Assembly (NCBI GenBank): GCA_014905635.1
Contig: JABVCE010000020.1
Location: 1-64,000, forward strand
Reading direction: 5' to 3'
DNA length: 64,000 nucleotides
Source: Scenedesmus sp. PABB004
Lineage: Eukaryota
Both the position numbers and the translations under genes were made by a program. Below the pieces are notes generated by a model. That model made no database searches and was not told the DNA's origin. It worked only from the letters and a program-made list of their open reading frames with translations. How positions within the stretch are numbered: position 1 is the first letter of the stretch; each line of letters starts with the position of its first letter. Of the stretch, positions 24,297 to 35,866 are shown piece by piece.

Positions 24297-26033
24297 TCAG
24301 CGTGGGTGGCGGCAGCGGCGCTCGCGCGCGCGCGCGCTTTGCGCCGCGCCGGCGCACCTGAGCGCGTGTACTTTTTGACCGCGTGGCGCGCATCCGTCGC
24401 ATACTCCTGCCCCGGCAGCCGCTCAAACTCGTGCAGCTGCTTGTCCGCCGTGCGCTGCGCGCGCTCCGCCGCGGGGCACATGTCGTCGCAGCGCGGCTCC
24501 ACCGCCAGCGCGCTCGCAGCCGGCGCGGCGCGGCCGGCGCGCCACGCGGGCGCGGGCCCCGCGCCGTCCAGCGCGTCGTACGAGGGCGACGGCGGCGGCG
24601 CGGCGCGGCGGGCGCCAGCGAACGCCGGGATGGCGGCGATGGCCGCCGCCTGCGCGGCCCGCAGCTGCGCCTGGCTCAGCAGGCCGCTGCCGCCGTCGTC
24701 CCCGCCGCGTGCCTCCTGCTCCTCAGCCGCAGCCTGCTCCTCCTCCTCCACCGCGGCCGCCTCGTCCTCCTCGTACTGCGCCGCCTCGCCGTCAGCGTCA
24801 TAGTCCTGGCCCTCCTCAGCGTCCTCCATCTCCTCCTCCTGCCACGCGCCGCCGTCGTCCGCCTCGGCGCCGCCGCCGCCCGCGTCGTCGCCGCCGGCGG
24901 CCCAGCCGCCGCCCGCGTCGCCGCCATCCGCCCAGCCGCCGGCGTCGCCCGCGGCGTCGCCGCCCATGTGCTCGTCGTCATACAACGGTCCGCCGCGCGC
25001 GCGGCCGCGCCCCGCGCCGCGGCCGCGGCCGCGCCCCCGCTCCGACGCCGGCGCCGGCTGCTGCTGTGCCGGCTGGCGGGTCCAGCTGGTGGTGCCACCG
25101 CGCCCGCCGCCGCGCGGCGCCGCGTAGGGCTGCCGGCCGCGCCCGCGGCCCCGCCCCGCGCCGGCGTCGAGCTCGCCGCGCCCGCCCCAGCGCCCGCCGC
25201 CGCAACCGCCCGCGGCGGGCGCGCCGGCGTTTGCCGCTGCTGCCGCCGCGCCGAAGCGGCCGCCGCCCCGCCCGCCGCTGTCGCTGCCGCCGGGCGCCGA
25301 CGGCGGTGCGCCGCCGCGGCCGCCGCCCGCTGCCGCGCCGCCGCCGCCGCCGCCCTTCCAGAAGCCCAGGCGCTCGCTCACGCCGCTGCCGATGGACCCC
25401 AGGCGGCTGAAGATGGGCGACCGCTGTGGTGGCGGCGGCTGCGGCTGCTGCGGCCCGCCGGGCGCCGCCGCGCCGCGGCCGCCATGCGGCGCCCGGCCGC
25501 CGCGCGGCGCCCGGCCGCCGCCGCGCCCCTGCGGCGGCGCCGGCGCGGTCGGCGGTGCCGGGTCGGTCGAGCGCAGCGGCGCATCCCGCGGGCGGCGGCG
25601 GAGGCGGCGCCCGCGCCGGTTGCGGGCGCCGGCCCGCAGCGGCACGCACCTGCTGCTGCTGCTGCCGAAACGCCGGCGCCCCGCCGCCTCGCGTCGGCGC
25701 GCCGCCGGCCCTGCCGCCGCCGCGGCCTGCAGAGGGCGGCCGCTGCTGCTGCTGGGCGGGCGCGCCAAAGCCGGCGCCGCCGCCGCCGGCGGGCGCCTGC
25801 CGCAGCAGCGGGCGGCGCCGCTCGGTTGGTTGGCGGGCGCGTGGTGCCCGCGCGCGCGCGGCGGCGCGCCGCCGGCCCGTCAGGCGCCGGCCCATTCGAC
25901 CGCCCACCTGTCCGCGGGCGGCGGAGCCGAACTTGACCTCGCCACCGCCCCCAAAGGCCGGGCCGGAGCTCCCAAACGCGGCCCGCTGGCCAAAGCCGAA
26001 GCCCTGGCCGCCCTGGCCGCCCTGGCCAAACAT
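18724..26033 (-). CDS. SAC3/GANP-family protein (TREX-2 mRNA export scaffold), multi-exon
   Basis: RCDDMCPAAERAQR...HEFER...AVKKYTRS...PELLRTWPALRKTLAHL...HRFLWDRYRSIRKDITQ, EEMARF, PHVQFALAV...NWARLLRL, VPRLRSQAL. FG-rich N-terminus and long low-complexity C-terminus. Confidence 0.88.
21752..21805 (-). repeat. (CAG)18 microsatellite encoding polyQ in SAC3
   Basis: CTG x18 on the + strand; a second interrupted tract lies at about 21612-21682. Confidence 0.95.
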
Positions 26034-26400
26034 TCCGAGACCCACAGAGGCTACGGGACGCCCACCATCACCGCCAGGCGCAGCGCTGGCCTGGCGTGGG
26101 CCCGGTGTGATGCGGCAGGCTGCTGCTGCTGCTGCCGCGATCTGGCGCGCGCCGGCTCTGCTGCTGCGATGCGCCGACGTCCCTGGCCACACCACCACGG
26201 AGGTACAACTGGGCAGGGCAGGCAGACCGGCGGCTCGGCGGCGGCGCAGCGCGGTGGTTGGCGAAACGACGGCGCCCGAGCGGCGGCGCCCCGCGCGTGT
26301 CGCGAGACGCGGCCCCGCTGCGCAGCTGCGCTGCCGCGCCGCAGCCGCACAGCCGGACCGCGCGACTGGGCCAGCGCTCTCCGAGCGCCGGCGCTTGGCG

Positions 26401-28327
26401 ATGTCGAAGCAGCAGGGCGCCGCCGCGGCGGCAGGGAGCAAGGCCGCCGCGTGGCGGGCGACGCTGGAATGGAAAAAGGCGAGGCGCGCGCCCGCGTCGT
26501 GGCAGGCGCGCGCCGCCGCCCGGTCGACGGCGCGTCTTGACCGCGCGCCGCCGCGCGCTGCACTGCCCGCGCAGAGGCAGCGCGCGGCCGCCGCGCCCAA
26601 GGGCTTCGGCGCGCTGCTGGCTGAGGCGCAGGAGGCGGTGGTGGAGCAGCGCAGCGCGGGCGGCGCCGGCGCCGGCGGCGGCGCGTGCCGGCTGAGCGAG
26701 ATCCAGCTGCAGGACGAGGCCTATATCCACGCGCAGCTGGTCAGGCCCGACGACGGTGCGGCTCCACCCGGCGCAGCGCGTGCCGCACACACGCCCGCCG
26801 CAGCGGCGCGCGGCCCGCGCTCACGCGCGACCGCTGCCCGCTCCCGCACGTGCGGACCCGCCGCCAGCAGCAAAGCCGCGGCGCGGCCTCGCGCGCGCGG
26901 CGTCCAATGGCAAGGCCCGCGGCGTGCGCATCCTGCGGCCCAGCGGCAGCGGGGCGGCCGCGTTGTGGCGCGTGCGCTTCCACGACGACGGCAGGGCCGC
27001 GGCGCCAGGCAGGACCAGCGGCAGCGGCGCGAGCGTCGCCGGCCACCTGGCCATGTACGTGGCGGGCGCTGGCGCCGGCGCGGCCAGGCAGCAGCAGCAG
27101 CCGCACGCCGGCGAGGCGGGCAGCGGCGGCGCGCTCAGGCCGAGCATCCGCTTTGCGGCGCCTGCGTCGCAGCGCCGAGCAAGCAGCAACGGCGGCGCCA
27201 GCCCAGCGCCCGCGCCAGCGCAGGCCGGGCAGGCGGCCGCCGGCGCCCCGCCGGCGCCGCCGCCGGCGCCTGCAGCTGCGGCAGCCGTCTCGGCACCGGC
27301 ACGGGCGCCGCAGGCGGAGGCGGCGGCAGCCAGCGGGCGGCTGGCCGCAGGCTCCACGCCCCGGGCCGGCGCGTGCGGCAGCGACGGCAATGGCAGCGGC
27401 GGCCCGCCGGGGCTGATGGCGCTGTTCCTGGTGCAGCAGTCCGGCGCAGAGCCCGCGCCAGACTCTGCGTCGCTTGCCGCGCCGGCGCGGCACGCGGCTA
27501 CACTGTGGACCGTGGGCAGCTGCAGCGGCAGCGCGGCCCGCGGCGATGGGAACGCCGCAGCCGCGGCCGAGGCTGCGGCGGGGGCCAAGACGGACCTCGT
27601 GGGTGAGTGCGCTGGCGGCGGCGGCTGCGCGCACAACGCCTGCGGTCTGCCCCCCCCCCCCCCCGGTCGCACCGCACGTGCTCACTGAGCTGCTGCCGCC
27701 CGCTGAACTGCCGCCCCCCGCAGACCAGCAGCTGCAGCGGCTGCGCTGTGGAATGGAGCTGCCGGCCGCGCCCCGCCCGACCCGGCGTCGCCAGGCTCGC
27801 CGCTGGGCTTCCGGCCCCTCGGCATCCCGGAGGGCGTCTTTGAGCGCTGGAGCGTGGCAGGCAGCGGCGGCGGCGGCAACGGCGGCGGCGGCAACGGCGC
27901 CGGCGGTCGCGCCACCGCCACCAGCAGCGCGGCGAGCAGCAGCAGCAGCGGCGCGAGCGCAGCAGGCGGCAGGCAGTCGGGCAGCGGGCCGGGGTCGCGC
28001 AGGTCCACGAACGCCGCGCCGGCGAGCGGCGGCAGCGGCGGCGCCGCCGGTGGCGCGCGCACCAACGTGCAGCGTCTGTCGCAGGACTCGCAGCCGATGG
28101 GGGGCGGAGCACTGGCGCGCAAGAACAGCCGTGACGCCGGCGCCCTGGCGAGCAGCAGCAGCGCGCAGGACCTGGCTGGCGGCAGCGGTCGCAGCACGCG
28201 CTCGAGCGGCGAGGCGGCGCCCAGCAGCCCGCCGAGGCGCGGCAGCAGCGCCGCCGCGCGCAACGCCGCCGATGGCGTGCAGCTGCCGGGCCTGGCCAGG
28301 ACATCAGCCCAGCGCGTGCTGCGCTGA
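26401..28327 (+). CDS. Hypothetical low-complexity protein
   Basis: ATG at 26401 (MSKQQGAAA...WRATLEWKK), plausible splice sites and coding-like blocks (CRLSEIQLQDEAYIHAQLV, LWRVRFHDD, LMALFLVQQ, HAATLWTVG). The 3' exon structure is uncertain and no family was recognised. Confidence 0.45.
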
Positions 28328-28795
28328 TCCGGGAGGGCTCATGAGCCCTGACCAGGCAGGGTTGGGGGCGTCGCTCGGCGGCGGCAGCCAGGCAGGCCAG
28401 CTCAGGGGCACTGCCGGACGGTCAGCTGTGGGCAAGTCAACTTCGGTGCTCCGAGCAGAGTCTGCATTGCTGGGGGACGGGGTGGGGGATCCCGGGACGT
28501 CTGACGCCTGTGTGCAGGTGTGCTGCTGTGACGGTGCACATCGTGTGCGCGCACGCGCGCGAGGGCCGGCCTGCCGCATGCGGCGTCGGCGCGTCGGCGC
28601 GATTCCGGGGGCGGACCGCACTGTGTGGTTGGATTTTACACTGCGCCTCGCGGGGTCCAAAGAGATGCGTCTCTCTCTCTCTGCCCGCCGCCAGCCGGCA
28701 TGGCGGCCAAGTCCACGCGTGCGCAGTGTGCACGCTCAAGCACGCAATGTACACGCCCGTGCCCCGCCACGGCCACACGCACGCGCCGCGCCCGC

Positions 28796-28839
28796 CTAGC
28801 CCCCGCCGCTCGCGGCCGGCTGCTGTGCCTGCTGCTGGC

Positions 28840-28883
<44 letters not shown>

Positions 28884-29323
28884 GCGACGCGCGCCGCGCT
28901 CTGCGCGGCCATGAAGCGGCTCTTGCTGCCGTCGATGCGGCAGCGCGCCACGGTCTGCTCCGAGGCCCACCAGAAGGAGAAGAACGTGGGCAGCGCCAGG
29001 AAGGACGCCTTGGAGCCGACGGTGAAGTGGCTGCGGAAAAACTGGCGCGCGCCGGCGCGGTGGCGCGGCGGCAGCGGCGGGCGCGTGAGCCGCCGGCTGC
29101 CCCCGCGCGCGCCGTGAGCCGCCGGCGCCGCGCCCCCCACCCCTGCGCGGGCTGGCTGGCCCACCTCGGAGTACTTGAACAGCGTGGCGCTCAGCCCGCC
29201 CGACACGAGCAGCGCGGTCGCGCCGGCCTTCAGGCCCGCCGCGATCGCGCTGCTCATGCACTCCTGCTGCCGCGCCTGCTGCTTGCGCAGCGCCTCCGCG
29301 TTAACGCCGGTCTGCAGCGACAT
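28796..29323 (-). CDS. ENOD93/RCF2-N-like small two-TM protein with polyQ tail
   Basis: ECMSSAIAAGLKAGATALLVSGGLSATL...|FFRSHFTVGSKASFLALPTFFSFWWASEQTV parallels the ENOD93 pattern I recall (RCSxEGVxAGxKAA...NxTAQALII...YFIVADKTV). One intron; (CAG)14 at 28841-28882. Confidence 0.6.
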
Positions 29324-29831
29324 GGCCGCGCTGCCGCCGCGCTGCTGCCACCGCCGCGCTGCTGCCGCCGCCGCGCTGCCGCTGTTTGCCGCGGCCGCTG
29401 GCGCCGCGGGCCCGGGCTGACGGGGCTGGAGCTGGGTTGCAGGGACGAGGGCCTTGGAGAGAGCTGTCCCGGGCAGGCGCTGGGTGGGTGGCGCAGCTGC
29501 GTCCGCGTCCAGCGCGCAGCGGAGGAGGGCGGTGCGGTCTCTCGTCGAGTGGTTCTGGTGTGCGGGGAGCCCTCACGCGCGCGGGAGCGAGCCCACTCGC
29601 GCGCAGTCCGCAGGAGCACTGCAATCGTCGCGCGGCAGCTCGGCGGGCTCGCCCCAGCCTGCTCGCTGGTCGCTCACGCGCGACCGGGTGCCCATTACGC
29701 GCGCGCGACGGCCCGGATCCGGCGCCGGGGGGACGCGCCCACCACCAGCACGCCCGCGGCGCGCAATTCGTGTCCCTCAGCGCCATGGGAGCTCGAGGGC
29801 GCGCCTGAGGCGCGAATCAGCCACACACGCC

Positions 29832-31355
29832 ATGCCGCCCGGGCGCCAGGCGGCCGCCCGGGGCGCGGCGCCCTGCTGCCCCGCCTCCAGGCGCGCAACG
29901 CGGGCGCTCCGCGCGCGCCGGGGGCGCGACGGTGGCAGAGCGCGACGGCGCAGCGCTGTGATCGCGCGCGCAGCGCTCGGCGGGCGCGCCAGGCCTCCGT
30001 GCCTGCTGCCCACACCCGCTCGCCCCGCCCTCCGCGCAGGCGCGCGCTGCCGGCCGGCTCCAGGCGCCCATTGGCGGTGCCCGCGGCGCTGCAGGTGCGC
30101 CACCGCGGCGGACGGGGGCCGCGCCGCGGCGGGCGCCGCGCCGGCGCCGCCGGCGCGGCGCGCGCTGCTGCTGCTGCCGCCGCGCCGCGCGCGCCGCCGA
30201 CGCGCCGCCGACGCGCCACAGGCCGTCCTGCAGGTCCGGGAGCGCTGCCTGACAAGCCATGCCGCCGGCAGCGGCACGGCGGCCCAGGCGGCGGCCGCAC
30301 CGCCGCAGCAGCTTCAGGGCGCCGTGCAGGCCGCGCCGCCGCAGCAGCAGCTGGAGCGGCGCGCGCCGCTGGGGGCGCGGGAACAGCAACATCAGCACGC
30401 GCAGCTGCAGGAGCAGCTGCAGCAGCAGCAGCAGCAGGGTGGCGTCGCCGGCGCGGCGCTGGAGCGGCCGGAGGCGGTGACCGCGGCGATCGCGGGCGCG
30501 GCGCGCGTGGAGCAGCTCGCCGCGCTGGTGGCGGCCCACGGCCCGCGGCTCAACCACATCCACGTCTCCGCCGCGTTTGTGCAGCTGCAGCGCCTGTGGG
30601 CGAGCGACGGCGGCGGCGCGCGCGAGCGCGTGGCGCTGCTGCGCGCGCTGCAGGGCCTGGGCGGCCGGCTGTCGCGCGTGGACGGCCGCTACTGCGCCAA
30701 CGTGCTGCACAGCCTCGCGCTGCTGGAGGGCCGCGGCGCGCCGGCGTACTGCCCGGCGCTCGTGGAGCAGGCGTGCGGCGCGGCGTACGAGCTGGCGGGG
30801 GGCATGCCGCCGCAGGAGCTCGCCACGCTGCTGTGGGCGCTCGCGGCGCTCGACGTCGCGCCCGCGCCGGCGCTGCTCGCGCGGCTGCTCGCGAGCGTGC
30901 TCGCCAAGCTGCCGGCGTTCAAGCCGCAGGACCTGGCCATGGTGCTCACGGGCCTTGCCGGCCTGGCGCCCCCGGGGCGCCGCCTGTCGCCGTACGCCAC
31001 CGTGCACCGCCTCGCCGGCGCGGCGGCCGCGGCGCTGCCGGCCGCGTCGCCGCTGGAGTGCGCGCTGCTGCTGGCGGGGCTGGCGGAGCACCGCTTCCGC
31101 CCGCCCACGCCCTGGCTAGCCAGCTACTGGGCGGCCAGCGCGGCCGGCCTGGCGGCCCTGGGCCCCGAGGCCCTGGGCATGACCGGCTGGGCGCTCGGCG
31201 CGATGTCGCCGCTGGCGGCGCCGCCGCCGGCAGAGTGGCTTGCCGCCTGGCAGGCGGCGGTCGCGCGCGCGTGCATCGCCACCGGCGCGCAGGAGCAGCA
31301 GCAGTTGCAGCGGTCGCAGGGACGCGCAGCGGCAGGCACCGGCAACGGCGGGGGC

Positions 31356-31421
<66 letters not shown>

Positions 31422-33598
31422 GCCGGCGGCGGCAGCGCGCCCGCGCTGGCCGAGCTGGCGCTGGCTGTGTACGGCTGGTCCAAGGCCGCGCCCGACCAGC
31501 CGCCCTCGCCCGAGTTCCTGGCGCTGATGTGGAGCGCCACGCAGGAGGCCCTGGAGTCGGGACGGGCCAGCGGCCTCACGCTGCAGCAGCAGCGGCGGCG
31601 GGGGCGGGAGCAGCAGCTGTCGCCGGCGGGGGGCGTGCTGTCGCTGCAGCGGCAGCAGCAGCAGCAGCCCGTCGACAGCGGCGGCACGCGGCTGCTGGTG
31701 GAGCTGCTGTGCGCCGCCGCGCGCTGGCGCACGCTGCCGCCGCGCCCGTGGCTGAAGGCGGTGCTGGGGCGGCTGCAGGGCCACCTGGCCGCTGGCGCGG
31801 CCGCGCCGCGTGACGCCTCCAACCTGCTGTGGGCGCTGGCAGCGCTGCGTGTCAAGCCCAGCGCGGCCTGGCTCGAGGCGTGGTGCGGCGCGCTGGAGGC
31901 GGCGCTGCAGCGCGCCGCGCCGGAGCCGCAGGACGGCGGCGCGGCGGACGGCCGCGGCGACGCGCTGGAGCCCAAGCAGCTCGCCGTCGGCCTCTGGGCG
32001 CTGGGGCAGCTGGGATGCGCGCCGGCGAGCCCGCGCTTGTGGGGCGCCGTGTGGTCGGCCTGGGGCGCGGCGCTGCAGAGCCGCGCGTCGCTGGCGGACG
32101 TCGCGCTGCTGCTCGAGTCGGCGGTGCGGCAGGGCACCGCCCCGCCGCCCATGTGGCTGCGCGGCGTGCTCTGGGGCGCGGTGCGCAAGGCGCGCGGCGC
32201 GGCGGGCGAGCTGGTGTCGCCCACCGCGGCGGCGGCCGCGGCAGCGGCGGCGGCGGGGTCGCCCGCGGGCACCTCGCGCCGCTCGCCCAGCGTGCGGCAG
32301 CGCGCCCGCAAGGAGCACAACCAGGCGGAGCGCCGGCAGCGCCTCGCCGCGGCAGGCGAGGGGGGCCCCAGCGCGCGCGGCACGGTGGCGTCCGACCTGC
32401 TGCGCGTGGCCACCGCCGCGGCGAGGCTGGGTGCCGGTGCCGGCGAGCTCCCGGCGGCGGGGCACGCGTGGTGCGTCGCAGCATTGGACGCGCTGGCCCC
32501 GGCGGCAGACCAGATGGACCAGCAGGTGCGTGGGGGGCTGTGGGGGCGGGCGCTCGCGGGTGTGCAGGGCGCGCAGCGCGGGGGGCGGCACCGCGCCGGC
32601 GCCGTGCCTCGCCGCACCGCGCTCGCCGCCGACGCAAGCGCCGCCGCCGCCGCCGCCGCCGCCGCGGGGCGCGCAGGGGCTGGTGCGGCTGGTGTGGTGC
32701 CTCGGCCGGCTCGGGTATCGCCCGCTGGGCGGCGGCGTGCAGGGCTGGCTGGCGGCGCGGCTGCTGGCCCCCGCCGCGCAGCCGCTCGCGGCCTGCACGC
32801 CCGCGCAGCTCGGCCTGCTGCTCTGCGGGCTGCGCCGCTGCCGCATCGTGCCGGGCGCCGCGTGGCTCGCGCAGCTCCTGGCACTCAGCGCGGCACGCGC
32901 GAGCGAGCTGCCGCTGCCGGTGAGCGAGCGGGGCACTGCCCGCGCGCCGCGCCGCGCACGCGCCTGCGCACGGCGCGCGCTCAACGCCTGCCGCCACCGC
33001 CGCCGCCGCGCCGCAGGTGCTCGCGCAGCTGGTGCGCTACCTGGCCGCCGCGCGCGCGCGGCCGCCCGCGGCGTGGTCGGACGCCGTGCTCGGCGCGCTC
33101 GAGGCGGCGCTGCAGCAGCAGCAGCTGCCGCAGGCGCCGCCGCGCTCGCCGGACGCCTGGAGCGCCGACGGCCTGGCGGCGGCACTGGCGCGGCTCGGCG
33201 TCGTGCCGTCGAGCGCGCTGCTGTGTGCGCTGGAGCAGCACGCCGCGGCGGCACGGCACCAGCTGCCGCCCGAGCAGCAAGCCGCACAGGTGGAGGGGCT
33301 GGCACGCCTGCAGCGGCAGGGCAGCGGCCCGGCGGCTGCGCGCGGCGACGGCGTGGCTGCGCAGGCGCAGGCGCGTGCGTGGCGCGAGCAGCAGGCGGCC
33401 GCAGCGGGCGCCCCAGCGCAGCCGGCCGCAGAGCAGCTGGGAGGCAGCAAGTACAGCAGCAACGGCGCTGGCGGAGGCTGGGCCGGCGCCGCCGTGTGGG
33501 TGGCCGGCGGTGGCGGCGCGGCGCCGGGCGTGCCGCAGGCGGCGGCAGCGGCGGCTGCCGCGCTCCAGGGCGGCGCCGGCGGGGGCGCGGAGAGTTGA
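29832..33598 (+). CDS. Octotricopeptide-repeat (OPR)-like organellar RNA-binding protein
   Basis: LNHIHVSAAFVQL; repeated degenerate units MPPQELATLLWALAAL, FKPQDLAMVL, PPPAEW, PRDASNLLWALAALRVKPSAAW, LEPKQLAVGLWALGQLG, PPPMWL. Start approximate. Confidence 0.8.
31358..31420 (+). repeat. (CAG)21 microsatellite read as poly-Ser in the OPR-like gene
   Basis: 63 bp of perfect CAG repeat. Confidence 0.95.
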
Positions 33599-33988
33599 GC
33601 GAGGGAGGCGGACGAGTTCGTGAGCGTAGCTAGGCGTGGCAACAGCAGCGAGCCGCGGCGGCGCCGGTGCTGCCGCGTGGCGCAGCGTCAGGCTCGCGAA
33701 AGCAGACCGCGATGGCGCCAGAAAATACGCGTCGCTCGTGATCAGCTCGTAAGCAAACCTCGCAACGGCGGCATAGGGCGGGCGCGGGTTCTCCTGCATC
33801 TCGATGCTCTGCCCGGGTCCACGACCTCGCCCGGCCTTCTCGAGCTTCCTCCAGGTAGCCCACTTTAGTTTTAACTGCTCAAACCCCCGCCACGAGCTGC
33901 AGCGGCCGCGTGCAGCACGGCGCAGGACGCGGCCAGCGCCGCCGCTGGCTGCCAGCCCGCCGCCGCCGCCGGCTCGCGCCGCGCCGCC

Positions 33989-35169
33989 ATGAGGGCCTGC
34001 GCGGCGTGCTTGGCGCTGCTGTTAGCCTTGGCGGCGGTGCTGGCGCGGGCGGCGGCCGGCGGCGACGCTGCAGCGTGCGCCGCGGCGGCGCCGCCGTGCG
34101 CGCACGCGTGCGCGGCGCCGGCCGGCGGCTGCGCCGTGGCGGCTGCCGACGGCGGCGACGGGCCCCCGAGAGCATGGCCGCCGTAATCGCACGCGTGGTC
34201 GCGGTCGCGGCGGCGCAGGCCAACGCGACGGCGGACGCGCTGCGCGCTGACGAGTTCCCAGACTCCACGCACCCCTCAACGGGGCGCTGGACAACCGCCC
34301 CCGTGGGCCGCTGGACCTGCGGCTTCTGGCCGGGCACGCTTTGGCAGCTGCACGCGCTCACGGGCGCGCCGCGCTGGGCGGAGCTCGCGCAGCGCTGGCA
34401 GGCGGCGCTCGCGGACCGGCAGCGCGCGTGGATCAGCCAGCTCGACCTCGGTGAGTGCCGCCGCGGCGTGCGCCGCGCGCCGCGCGCCGCCGCACACAGC
34501 CGTGCCGCGCGCCGTGCGCAGCCGTGCCGTGCAGCCGTGCCGTGCGCCGCCCACGCACTCGCCCCGCCCCGGCCGCGCCCCTGGTCGGCAAGGCTTCATC
34601 TACCTGCCCTCCTTTGCCGCCAGCTACGAGGTCACCGGCTCGCGGTCTGACCTGCGCCAGGCGCTCGCCGCGGCCGAGGTGCTCAGCCACCACTGGAACC
34701 CCGCCACCGGCAGCGTCCGCAGCTGGCTGGGGTGGGACCCGCCGGGCGCGACGCACGGCTACCGCCAGCTGGTGCGGGGGGGGGGGGGGGGGGGGAGCAC
34801 CCGTGTGGCGCTGCCTGGCCAGCGTCGGCAGGCGGCGCGCACGCCCCGGCTCACCCCCCCCCCCCCCCCCCCCCCCCCCCCGACTGACCCCTGCTGACCC
34901 CTCTGCTGACCCCTGCTGACCCCTGCTGACCCCTGCCTGCTGACCCCTGCCCCCCACACGCCCCCCCCCCCCACACACACACACAGGTGATCATTGACTT
35001 CCTCATCAACGTCCAGATCCTCCTCTGGGGCGCCCAGCACGTCGGCCCGCCCTCCCCCGCGACAGAGCTGCGCCTCGACACAGACCCAGCCACCGCATGG
35101 CGCGCCATGGCGCTCGCGCACGCGCGCCAGGTGCGCGGGCGCAGGGATGCCGGCGGCAGCGCGCCCGCA

Positions 35170-35205
<36 letters not shown>

Positions 35206-35866
35206 ACCCCGCGACGCGCGCGCGCAGGTCGCTGCGCACCACGTGCGCCCCGACGGCAGCACGTTCCACATCGTGGAGTACCAGCCAGACACTGGGGGCG
35301 TCAACAAGCGCTACACGTACCAGGGGCGCGCCGACAACAGCACCTGGGCGCGCGGGCAGGGCTGGGCGATGCTGGGGTTCAGCCTCATCGCGGCACGCGC
35401 GGCGCCGGGGTCGGCCGAGGCTGCCGAGTTTGGCGCGGTCGCCCAGCGCGTGACGGACACCTACCTGCGCCGCCTCTCGGCCCAGACTGGACCGCCCGGG
35501 GAGTGGGTGCCGGTGTGGGACTTTGACGCGCCCTTCGACGCCAGCGCCGATGGCCCGCGCGACTCAAGCGCTGCGGGCGTCGCCGCGCTCGCGATGCTCC
35601 ACCTCGCCGACGCGCTCGGCCCGGGCAGCGCCTGCGGCGCGCGCTACCTCTGCGCCGCGGTCAAGTCGCTGCGCGCGCTGGCAGGGCCCAAGTACCTCGC
35701 GGCGGGCGGCGACGGCGGCGGCGGCTTTGCGGCGGTCTTCCGCCACGCGACCTCCAACTTTCCAGCCGGCACCGGCGTGGACGTGGGGCTCACCTACGGC
35801 GACTACTACGCCCTCTCCGCGTTTGCCAAGTGCGCGGCCATGCCGGCGTGCGCGGGCGCGGCGTGA
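33989..35866 (+). CDS. Secreted glycoside hydrolase family 88 (unsaturated glucuronyl hydrolase-like), 3 introns; apparent 1-nt frameshift at 34163-34167
   Basis: Signal peptide MRACAACLALLLALAAVLARA; WTCGFWPGTLW, LDLGFIY, VIIDFLIN, RPDGSTFH, TYQGRADNSTWARGQGWAMLGF, VPVWDFD, RDSSAAGVAA, YGDYY are characteristic GH88/UGL motifs. Confidence 0.88.

Noticed and set aside
34184..34186. TAA after the GH88 signal peptide as stop-codon reassignment or readthrough
   Set aside because: The downstream enzyme is in a different frame, so an indel explains it. TAA, TAG and TGA all end genes normally in this window.
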